Shown here: piece after piece, positions 53,218 through 64,000 of the stretch
Position numbering within the stretch: the first letter of the stretch is position 1
Layout: every line of letters starts with the position of its first letter
DNA from: Porphyridium purpureum
Lineage: Eukaryota
Direction: 5' to 3'
NCBI GenBank assembly: GCA_008690995.1
Contig: VRMN01000008.1
Location: 372,001 to 436,000, forward strand
DNA length: 64,000 nucleotides
Notes under the pieces: generated by a model
Databases searched by the model: none
What the model was told of the DNA's origin: nothing
What the model saw: the letters and a program-made list of their open reading frames with translations, nothing else
Made by a program: the position numbers and the translations under genes

Positions 53218-56200
53218 TCAAAACGAGGCACGAGCATACACATGGAAGCACGCACTGTCCGAGTCGAAAATAAATTTGATTGGAATTCCCGCGTTCATGA
53301 GCGAGGTGCCACTCACTGCGAGAACGCGCCCGTACTGATAGACGGCTTGAGCGGTTTTCTCGATCGTACCGGTTTGCATGTTGCGCGCAAGCGTCCCCGG
53401 AAGCAGCTCTTCGACCGAGTACATCATATTCGGCGCAAGGCCGCCCAACTGCAACAAGGGGTTTAGCCGGCCGACCTCTCTTCGAATGTTAACCGCAAAC
53501 ACAATGGCCTCTTGCTTGTCTGCCGCCACGTGCATCCATGCCATCGAGTCCGAGTCGAACGGCGACCACAGACGGAAGAGATCACTATAGTTGATGAGTT
53601 TGGCGAAACGCTTGTACATACTGACCGAGGCTCGCACCTCAAGCATCTCCTCTTCAGTCCAGTGGCGCGGGTCCATTTCAAAGCCAAAAGTACCCATCAT
53701 CGCCATGATTGTGCGCGTCTTGAGTGTAGCCATGCGGTATGTCTGATGGTTGGGCACAGTCGAAATGTGCGCACCCATAGAGCGGACGGGGTACACCAGG
53801 CTTGTTCCGTACTGAATAAATGCGCGAGACACAGCGTCTGTGTTATCAGACGTCCAGATCTGAGGCGAGTAGTAAAGCATTCCAGCGTCAAACCGCCCGC
53901 CACCGCCCGAGCAGGTCTCGAACAAAATGTCCGGGAACGCGGTCGTGATGCGCCCGAGCACCTCATACACACCCATGATGAAGCGATGCGCTACCTCGCC
54001 CTGCCGGTCGGGCGCCAGGTGCTGCGAAAAGACTTCGGTCAAGTGGCGGTTCATATCCCACTTCACGTACGAGATTGGCGCGCTTCTGAGCAATTCGTAA
54101 AGTTGCTGGAATATATACTCTCGAACATCCTTTCGCGAAAAGTCGAGCACAAACTGATTCCTTCCTGTCGTACGATGACGTGTCGGCACGTGAAGCGACC
54201 AGTCTGGATGATTTCGGTGCAGCTGCGAGTCGTAATTGACCATTTCTGGCTCTAGCCAGATCCCAAATTTCATGCCCAGCGCCTCGATTTCCCTTGCGAG
54301 ACCTTCAATGCCGAATGGAAATTTGGCCTTGTTCACATACCAGTCACCCAAGCTTGAGCTGGCGTCATTCCGTTCCCCGAACCAGCCATCATCCAGCACA
54401 ATCATTTCAATATCAGCCTTGCTCGCTTCGCGCGCGAGCTCGATGACGTTCTCATGGTTCACGTTGAAGTACTGCGCCTCCCACGTGTTGATCAGGATCG
54501 GGCATAATTCTTCGCGCCAGCGTTTCGGCATAAGTTGCATGCGCATAAGTCGGTGCAAGTCGCGCGACATGTCGCCCAGACCACACGCAGAGTACGTCAT
54601 GATGACCTCGGGACAGTGGAATGCATCGTGGCGCTCGAGAATCCACGAAAAGTCTTCTGGGTTGATGCCCATGTTCACACGCAGCCGACGGTTTTCGGAC
54701 ACCTCGGCCATCGCAGAAAAGTTGCCCGAATACACCAGTGTAAATGCAAAAACAGACGGACCGTGCTCGCTGGGCGGCCGCTTAGTGGATATGGCCAGAA
54801 AAGGATTGAATTGATGGGACGAAGTGCCGCGCGATGACTTGAATTGCGTGGTTCCGTCGTTGAGCTCACGGGACACAACTTGCCGCTCGCGGGCCCACCC
54901 CCCGCTCAGCTGGGTCGCATAGTACTTATCGGCATCAAAGTCGACTGTCGCAGACATGATCGACTCGATCTTGAGCTTTGCGTTTGTGCGGTTAATCACT
55001 GAGACGCGCCGAATGATACTCGAGTACTCGTGCATCACCGTGTAAATGATCTCCACGAGCAGCTTGGTGACGGAGTCTTCGAGTTCTACAATCAGCGTGG
55101 TGGCTTGCGAAGGGTCATCAACGCACACGTGCGGCATTTGCAGATTCGGAAACGGCTTCCCGGTTACAATGCGGTGCGACTTGTACCTCATCGGGCTGAT
55201 GTGGCTCCCATCTGCGTACCTAATGCGGATGCTGGGTTCACGATAATCGCCCGTGCCCTTGTCTGAAAATTCGAGCAGCTTGGTATTCTTCCCTATGGCC
55301 TCTGGATCCAACTTGCCCCAATTGATGTTCGGCATGCTCGTCATCTTTGCCATATCAGCCATGCCGTCTGTAAGCGAGTCCATGTCACCTTCAAGCGCGG
55401 GAAGGTTTACCACAGAACCCTGCGTGGCTCTGATATCCAGTGCATGCAAGTCCATCACAGAATGGGTTCCGTCAATGACCCGGCTCGGCACATCGGCAAA
55501 GGTTGCATGCATACCGGGCGATCGCCCGCGGTTGGTCCCGAACTCACGGGCGCGGCCTTGCAGCTCGGGCGATCGCATCTGAGCAGTTGTACTTGCTGAC
55601 GTGACCCCCTGACTTTGATGACGCTGCAGCGAGCCCGAGGTCTCACCGTTTTCATCCTGCTGGCTCTTGCGTTGTGGCTGAGCCTGACCACGGTTAGGCG
55701 TTTGGCTAATTGCACTGCCCGTACTCGAAGGCTCTGTGTGCGTCCCGTCCGCCTGGCTCTCCTTCCGGGACGACGCATCGTCTGGCGAGTTCTTATCCTC
55801 CCCAAGCGCGTCCATCAGAACGTTCTCACCCAGGTCGCGATTCAGGTCGCCGCCGCGAAAGCGCTCACGCGTCCACAGCCGCCACGACGCGTTCTCCAGA
55901 CGCCGGGATCGAAGCTGGTCTTCGACATTATCCTTTGCGCGCGTGTAGATCTTCCACTTTTCCTGCAGCTCGGACTCATTATTAATCACGTTCTCGAGTT
56001 CATGGAGCCCCAGGATCTTTGCAACCGTCACCTCCCCTACCGGATCAAAAAGCGTGACGGCATTTGCCAGGGTGAGATACGACAGATCATCCTCCTCTGG
56101 CAGAATCCCACCCCACCACAAATGCTCCAGGTTGCGGTTATCATCCACGCGGAACGCGTACAGCACGGTCTTTGTCTGCAGCCGGAACACCCGCGTCGCC

Positions 56201-56241
56201 GGGTTGAACGTCACTCCGGGACGCCCCTCGCCATCTCTCAT
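53218..56241 (-). CDS. GH36 alpha-galactosidase with a large N-terminal insertion
   Basis: GTGDYREP, LVYSGNF, INTWEAQYF, VLDDGWFG, FGIWLEPEMVN, YVKWDMNR, CSGGGGRFD, WTSDNTDA, HISTVPNHQ. Confidence 0.96.
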   Translation of the reverse strand: MRDGEGRPGVTFNPATRVFRLQTKTVLYAFRVDDNRNLEHLWWGGILPEEDDLSYLTLANAVTLFDPVGEVTVAKILGLHELENVINNESELQEKWKIYTRAKDNVEDQLRSRRLENASWRLWTRERFRGGDLNRDLGENVLMDALGEDKNSPDDASSRKESQADGTHTEPSSTGSAISQTPNRGQAQPQRKSQQDENGETSGSLQRHQSQGVTSASTTAQMRSPELQGRAREFGTNRGRSPGMHATFADVPSRVIDGTHSVMDLHALDIRATQGSVVNLPALEGDMDSLTDGMADMAKMTSMPNINWGKLDPEAIGKNTKLLEFSDKGTGDYREPSIRIRYADGSHISPMRYKSHRIVTGKPFPNLQMPHVCVDDPSQATTLIVELEDSVTKLLVEIIYTVMHEYSSIIRRVSVINRTNAKLKIESIMSATVDFDADKYYATQLSGGWARERQVVSRELNDGTTQFKSSRGTSSHQFNPFLAISTKRPPSEHGPSVFAFTLVYSGNFSAMAEVSENRRLRVNMGINPEDFSWILERHDAFHCPEVIMTYSACGLGDMSRDLHRLMRMQLMPKRWREELCPILINTWEAQYFNVNHENVIELAREASKADIEMIVLDDGWFGERNDASSSLGDWYVNKAKFPFGIEGLAREIEALGMKFGIWLEPEMVNYDSQLHRNHPDWSLHVPTRHRTTGRNQFVLDFSRKDVREYIFQQLYELLRSAPISYVKWDMNRHLTEVFSQHLAPDRQGEVAHRFIMGVYEVLGRITTAFPDILFETCSGGGGRFDAGMLYYSPQIWTSDNTDAVSRAFIQYGTSLVYPVRSMGAHISTVPNHQTYRMATLKTRTIMAMMGTFGFEMDPRHWTEEEMLEVRASVSMYKRFAKLINYSDLFRLWSPFDSDSMAWMHVAADKQEAIVFAVNIRREVGRLNPLLQLGGLAPNMMYSVEELLPGTLARNMQTGTIEKTAQAVYQYGRVLAVSGTSLMNAGIPIKFIFDSDSACFHVYARASF

Positions 56242-56411
56242 TGTGCCACCTTTTGCACGCCCACGCTCCTGCGTATCGTACCCACCACCTCTGTCTACAC
56301 GCCTCTTCCCCTCTCCTCCCCTCCCCGTGTCTCTCTCCCTCTCCCGTCTCCCATTGCTGCAGCCCTTTTCCTTTTTCCACCCTTTTCTTAACCTTCCTTT
56401 ATTTAACCTGG

Positions 56412-56452
56412 AACCCTAATCCATAGCCTTCTCCATCATGTAACCCTAATCC
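56412..56452. promoter_or_regulatory. Two telo-box-like AACCCTAATCC copies 30 bp apart upstream of the GH36 gene
   Basis: aaccctaatcc at 56412 and 56442. Confidence 0.45.
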
Positions 56453-57020
56453 CGATAAGCTGTACTCACTCATATCAAAACGGGGCGTTCCGCTTGTAGA
56501 GCAACTGCGGCGTCGTTTCGATTCAACGTGGAAGCACGCGACAGACTGTACTTCGTGTAAGCGGCTTGTTGGAGGCGGAGGTACAGTCCGCTGCTGCGGG
56601 GTGGCGCGTGTGAGCGGGAAGTTTTGTGTGCAATACACGACCAGCGGTTGCGCATAGAAACGCAGTGATGGATTGTGCCAGTGTCATGATACGCCGAGGC
56701 AGCGTTCACGACGAGCGCACTCGCCGAGCTGGTTGAGGATATCAGCGCACGGGTTGTGTTTGTCAAAAGGCTGTCACTGTCTTTCAAATGTGCCGCCTTT
56801 GCGCTGCATGCAGATGGCCAACCGGTGTGTAGCCTAGACTCGGCGACGCAGCGGCTTGCTCTTCTGAGTGGGAGCAACCCGCGCCATGAAATTGAACGAA
56901 CTTTTGAACCCTCATGAGCATGCTTGATTTCGTCAATCCCTCACAGATTAGCTGGACTTTAGATCAATGGAGTCCCACCATAGATTTCGACTGCTTCATC
57001 AATGAGCACGGATGACACGC

Positions 57021-57983
57021 TCACATGGCATACTGCGATACACCTTTGGTAAGCGAGTGCGCTGGAGCCATGGAGATGAGGAACTCCTTCTCAAAGTCCT
57101 CCTGCATACGCGCGAACTGAGCGTCACACTGCTTCTTGATGATATCTATGTTCCTCGCGTAAATTTCCTTGTTGGCAGGGTCGATGCGGTCGAGCTGAGC
57201 CATGTCAGAAAGCGCACTTAGGAGATCACCGAGCTTCCAACGTACCGATGCGCGCCAATACAGCGCCTTCAGATTGTTTGGATTGACCAGCAGTGCCTCC
57301 TCGCTGGCCACGAGTGCCGCAGTATACCGATACATTCGAAAATTAGCCGCCGCTAGGTTGGAAAGCATGGTACTATGCTGCTCCTGGACGAGCTTGGCGT
57401 CTGGCTTGCCACCTTTTACACGCTGCAGTATAAGTACCGCCTGTGTGTACATCTCGACGGCGCGCTTGTAGTCACGCTGGCCAAACGCCGTGTTGCCCTG
57501 CATTTTGAGATGCTCCGCGTCTGCGAGCGAGATCCCCGCTGCCTCGGAAAATTTCCACTCCTCCACATCTTCCAGCCACACGTCTGCCACATGCCGATTG
57601 CTTTCCTTGGGGCAAAACAGCACCCCGCGCTGCCCAACCTGAAGCAGAAGCAGCGCGCGCCGAAGACACGCACAGAAATGCGATTGTGTCATGAGCACCG
57701 TGCGCGTCGAGCTCTGCATGCATCGGTCCTCGTAGCTGTGCTCGCAGTCCGCGCATTCCACATACCGCACTCGATACAGCAACTCATACCCTGCTTTCGC
57801 CTTGCGCTTGTACCCGCCTTTGCTTGTGCTGCCCTTTTTCTCGCTCAGCCCCGACTCGGATTCCGGTTCGTACCGCGCGAGGCTGAGCGCGCCACGTCCG
57901 TCTATGAAGTAGCCGCGCGCCGCACTGCTGACCTTAACGTGCGGCAGAGGAGTCACATCCAGAACACGGCGCTCTGCCGACAT
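57021..57983 (-). CDS. TPR co-chaperone protein (FKBP/AIP-type TPR with a degenerate N-terminal domain)
   Basis: AEHLKMQGNTAF...AVEMYTQA, SNLAAANF and NLKALYWRA form a carboxylate-clamp-type TPR triad. Confidence 0.85.
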   Translation of the reverse strand: MSAERRVLDVTPLPHVKVSSAARGYFIDGRGALSLARYEPESESGLSEKKGSTSKGGYKRKAKAGYELLYRVRYVECADCEHSYEDRCMQSSTRTVLMTQSHFCACLRRALLLLQVGQRGVLFCPKESNRHVADVWLEDVEEWKFSEAAGISLADAEHLKMQGNTAFGQRDYKRAVEMYTQAVLILQRVKGGKPDAKLVQEQHSTMLSNLAAANFRMYRYTAALVASEEALLVNPNNLKALYWRASVRWKLGDLLSALSDMAQLDRIDPANKEIYARNIDIIKKQCDAQFARMQEDFEKEFLISMAPAHSLTKGVSQYAM

Positions 57984-58273
57984 GGTTGCTTTGTTTCTAG
58001 TGTTTCCATTCGCTCCTCTCTGGGGAGAATCGGTCGCTAGTCGTTCTGGTATCGTTTCAAAACTCGGCTGAAGCCGATTCGGCTCGTGAAAATTTACTGC
58101 GACAGAGGAGAAGAAGATTTACGCCAGTTCTGCATCCACGACACTGCTCCGAGCATCCCTGTCCCACACGACCGCCTTCAATGCCCGATCATCGATGCTG
58201 AACCGGAGGAATCGCTGGTCTCGGTAGAGTGCTGTCGAAGAACATCTGGGCTTGACGACGTCAGCTTGTCGAC

Positions 58274-58858
58274 CTACTCGTGCTCGGACTGTGCTTGAAA
58301 TCGTTCCCTCAGGTACGCGCCGTACTCTGCCTTGAAAGACAAGGGGTGACTCTGCGAGCGCTTGCATGCTGCTTGGAACATTGTGTCAGCGTCGGGCTTT
58401 GAGGCGATCATGTTGTCTGCTTTGCCAGCAATCTGCGGCTCGGCCCTACTGCTTGCAGAAGAAACGTTGTTCTGCGCATTCGCTATACTACTGCTCCCAT
58501 CCTGATCTTCGGCACCACGCTGACGAATGCCGAGCACGGCGTTCCGCCGCTGCGACCGCTCCTCCCTTCGCGCGGCCGCGCGCGTCGCCTCCTCAATCAA
58601 AAATTCCGAATACATGACTTTCGCGCGATCGTGCTCCATCATCCTTGTCTTGCCGCACACCCAGAACTCGCGCGCGGAGTCGCCGCACCCGTCCAACTCC
58701 CCAGTCATGTAGTACTCCCGCAGCTGATTCGACGGCTTGTAACATCGATACAGCGCGGTCAGCTTGGCCACGCAAGAGTCTGGCAGCGTTACATTTGGTA
58801 TCTGTGTCAAACTCGAGCCTGCCGGCGCCTTGTCCTCCTCGAACGCTTGCTCTGCCAT
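58274..58858 (-). CDS. DUF3128/Emi1-like twin-Cys small protein
   Basis: SCVAKLTALYRCYKPSNQLREYYMTGELDGCGDSAREFWVC matches the C-x10-C...Q..YY..GE...C...F..C pattern. Start uncertain (58858 or 58945). Confidence 0.75.
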   Translation of the reverse strand: MAEQAFEEDKAPAGSSLTQIPNVTLPDSCVAKLTALYRCYKPSNQLREYYMTGELDGCGDSAREFWVCGKTRMMEHDRAKVMYSEFLIEEATRAAARREERSQRRNAVLGIRQRGAEDQDGSSSIANAQNNVSSASSRAEPQIAGKADNMIASKPDADTMFQAACKRSQSHPLSFKAEYGAYLRERFQAQSEHE

Positions 58859-59468
58859 TGCTTCTCGCCGTGTTGTCTGTCCTTCTCCACCACCACGACC
58901 TCCATCCGACCCAACCTTCATTCCTCGCATGAACACAAATGCCATCACTGTAATGCTGAATTGCATTCGAACGGACTGGCAGACATCGCAGTTGCGGCTG
59001 AGAAGAGACGTCGTGCGCTGGTGAAGACCCAAGGGTAGTCCATCTGCACAGAGCATAGGAGTAGATAGCGACATGCAAGGTCGCGTTCGGCGCGGGCGCG
59101 TCCAGTAAAGCGTGGGGTCTCTTCTTATGCTGACACAGAGACACCCATCCAAGCGTCTCGTTCGCATCCAGGGGATGAACGGACTTGTGCGCCAGCGACG
59201 ATAAGGGCGCGTGCGTCGCTTGGCTAGACGGTAGAGATGATAAAGATTACAAAACAACGAATTCGATTGTTTCGGGATTTACTTTCCTTGCACCAGTCGA
59301 TTGAGTTCATCCCTGCAAATCGAGCAAGGCTCGGATATCCTTTCTCATGGCTCACAGAACCAGTGACTCACAACATGGAGGATCATACTTTGACAGCTTT
59401 TGTGATGAAGACAAGAAAGCCGGAGTAAGCTAGTCTGTTTGGACGTGTACGAGTTTGTCTTCAATTCC

Positions 59469-60992
59469 ATGTCTGGCTGTGGATTCACGTGGTGCTATCT
59501 TGGGCGGCCGCCGCGGCGCCCGCATTCTCGGGTGGCAAAGTCCCCACAATGTGCCGAGCGCGCAAATCGGAAGCCCACGTTCCGTTTGAATGGTTTCGGA
59601 TTGCGACGGAATCACGACAATGTGGCCATGCGCGCGGTTGAGCAGCCCGCCCATGATCGTGAATCTGGCCGCGAGGTGGCAAGCGCGTTGATATGCGGTG
59701 GAGGACTCGCCGGACTGGCAGTCGCGTACCAGCTGTGTGTGCGTCGCGGCTTGCGTGTGTTTGTCGTGGATCCAATCGGGGCTGACGGCGTCGGCACGGG
59801 CGGAGCTTCGGCCGTCGCTGCAGGCTTACTGCATCCATTCTCCCCGCGCATGACACGGGCATGGATGGGTGCAGAGGCTTTCGAAAGTGCCATGCGCCTT
59901 GTGCACAGTGTGCAGCAGAACGAGCGCGAGCGTGGCGGAAACACGAGTGCCGAGCAACCGGTGTGGAAGAACTGCGGCATTTTGAGACTCCTTCGAAATG
60001 ACGTGCAAGTCGACCAGGGCCGCGCGAGCGCCAATGCATTTGGTCCGGACGAGGTCCAGTTCCTTGACGCGGATCAAGTTTGCGCGCGCATGCCGCCTAC
60101 AGACAAAAGTGCTGCGAAGAATCAGTTTCCCGGAGTTTTTATTCCGCAGGGGAACGTCGTGGATGTGCCACGGTACTTGCGCGGCCTGTGGAGGCTATGT
60201 GAACAAACAGGTCGCGCGACGTGGGTAAAACGTGCGATAGGTCGAGATATGGGTATTCACACACTCGCTGCCGAGCTCGGGGTGGATCACATCGTCGTCG
60301 CCGCAGGCGCGTGGAGCAAAATGCTCGCAGCTGAGGAACTGGCAACACTGGGTATTGTGCCTGTACGCGGACAAAACTTGCACCTCACCTTGTGTTCTGA
60401 CCAGTCCTCCACTCCCACCCGGGACCTTGAGTTCGCACTCATTTCGGAGAAGTATGTGGTGCCTGGCTTTGTCCGGAACATTCACCCGGACGGAAAGAAT
60501 TGTAGTGAGCTTATTTGTGGTGCAACTTTCGAGTATGCGCGAGATGGCGTAACGGAAGACGACCTCTTTGATCTCGCAGCCGACCTGTCGAGCCCACAGA
60601 TTGGCAACATGTGCGGCTTTATCGAGCAGAATTTGTACACAGCACCTGTGTCTCTCTGTGGCACAGACAGTGAGAGGGATCCGATCACAGCGACGGACAT
60701 TCGACGACGTGCCGTTGCAGGAGTGCGGGCAGTGCCGAAAAGGAGTCACCTGGGCTCCGTACCATACGCCGGCAAGAGCGGTGACATCTGGTATTTAACG
60801 GCACTGGGTTCGAGAGGCTTGCTGTATCACAACTTTCTGGCCGAGGCGCTTGCTGATGCGGTTGTCGACGATGACTATCGAATCATTCCGAGCGCCGCAC
60901 GGCGCGCGATGGCGGAGGAGGTGGAGGGCCGGTCGGAATCGATCTCCGGGCTCGATTCTCACGCAGCTTCATTTGCGTACGAGACGCAGTGA
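59469..60992 (+). CDS. FAD-dependent oxidoreductase (DAO/MnmC C-terminal-like), probably organelle-targeted
   Basis: ICGGGLAGLAVA Rossmann motif, GASAVAAGLLHP, VVAAGAWS, PVRGQ, AGVRA, TALGSRGLLYH. Confidence 0.88.
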   Translation: MSGCGFTWCYLGRPPRRPHSRVAKSPQCAERANRKPTFRLNGFGLRRNHDNVAMRAVEQPAHDRESGREVASALICGGGLAGLAVAYQLCVRRGLRVFVVDPIGADGVGTGGASAVAAGLLHPFSPRMTRAWMGAEAFESAMRLVHSVQQNERERGGNTSAEQPVWKNCGILRLLRNDVQVDQGRASANAFGPDEVQFLDADQVCARMPPTDKSAAKNQFPGVFIPQGNVVDVPRYLRGLWRLCEQTGRATWVKRAIGRDMGIHTLAAELGVDHIVVAAGAWSKMLAAEELATLGIVPVRGQNLHLTLCSDQSSTPTRDLEFALISEKYVVPGFVRNIHPDGKNCSELICGATFEYARDGVTEDDLFDLAADLSSPQIGNMCGFIEQNLYTAPVSLCGTDSERDPITATDIRRRAVAGVRAVPKRSHLGSVPYAGKSGDIWYLTALGSRGLLYHNFLAEALADAVVDDDYRIIPSAARRAMAEEVEGRSESISGLDSHAASFAYETQ

Positions 60993-61610
60993 TAGGGATG
61001 TGCATATCGCTTCGAAAGCAAATTTTCTTCATTCCTCGTGCATACACAAATGCTTGCTCGCACGCCCCCAGCATGTTCCGCTGCTCAGCTGCACTGTCAG
61101 GAATTTCAACGCGCGAACCGACTTGACAGCACTCTGCACCATCTGCACACAATCCTTTTCTCGAAGCAGCCCATTCAGCGTTAGCTTGCGAATGGTCGAG
61201 CTCTGCATAGCAGGGCGAAACAGAACGAGACGGCGGTAGGGAGGGGGAGCGAGAGGGAGGGGAAAAAAGAATTCTTCTTCAGATTCGTACACTCGCTATG
61301 TATACTACAAGCAGCCCGCACAAGGCTAAAGCGTCAAACGGCGGGCTGAACTAACGCAAACAAACAAACAAACTGTCCCAATCGTGCTTTCTCAACCGTT
61401 CCAAGAGCCCATCCCAGCTCGTTCTCATCCTTCCTCTCACCAGATATCGCCCGCCGTGGCCGTTCAAGGCTTGCTTCTAAGTCTCGGGCGTATAGAGGGC
61501 GGTTCTTGGGCTCGAGTAAACTAAGTTTACCGCTGCGCGTCGTTGCCAGTTGCTCCCACCACACCGCGGAAACTACGCAAGTTGCCGCGCGTTCCAACTC
61601 ATCAACTACC

Positions 61611-63525
<1,915 letters not shown>

Positions 63526-64000
63526 CCCTACCTATCCTCTCTCCCTCTCTCTCTCCTCTTCCTCTCCACCCACTCCACACGTCACACACCTACCCACCTC
63601 CCACTCGCAGCCCACACAACCCCTTTCCCTCTCCTCTTCCCCTCCTCTGTCCCTTCCTTCTCCCCCCTCCACCGCAACTCAATACCGTCCTCATAAACTA
63701 CCACACCACACCCCCCAACCAACCAACCAACTATCAACCCAACCGGCTATCGCCGCGCGCCCACGACTTTCCCCCCTCCCTTCTTCCCCCCCTCCCCCGT
63801 TTAATTATAAAACCGGGTTTCACGGCCGCCACCCAAACGCCCACCACCGCCCACCACCGCCCACCGCCCACCGCCCGAAGGATAACGCGCTCACATACCG
63901 AAACACACGCGTTGACGTGCGCCCCATCGCACACGCCGCGTGCCGCAGCATACAAAAACTTACAACGCTTACGCAAGTCCGTCCGTCCGCCCGTCCGTCC

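Overview
This is compact, GC-rich eukaryotic nuclear DNA with essentially no visible introns and about 35 protein genes. Gene content and the MAF/MAAF/xxGFV-type plastid transit peptides point to a unicellular red alga (Porphyridium-like; inference). Most genes are housekeeping or plastid genes: BRR2, GST, RPL9, glucokinase, CYP97B, ABCG, ELO, NFU, PDH-E2-like, rhomboid, RRP6, CNNM, Tic20, syntaxin, GH36 and DED1. The most unusual locus is 12166-16205 (-). The ORF track splits it into four pieces, but it reads as one ~1,350-codon gene with 11 RNase H1 hybrid-binding-domain (Cauli_VI)-like repeats (five A-B pairs plus one single copy), a degenerate RNase H copy and a DEDD-intact RNase H. It is interrupted by three in-frame stops and one 1-nt frameshift. 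Other highlights: a ~30-bp-periodic array of 17-bp palindromic AGATGAC-N3-GTCATCT boxes (32711-32864); a GH36 alpha-galactosidase with an inserted DUF1752-like RLENASWR module; a PARP-zinc-finger-like/Pol-beta 8-kDa-domain fusion with key residues lost; GTAC-dense and telo-box promoter islands; and a truncated LTR-PBS-gag retrotransposon remnant. Several gene 5' ends carry 1-nt frameshifts that probably reflect assembly errors, so single indels here need caution. All family calls come from motif recognition; no database searches were run.
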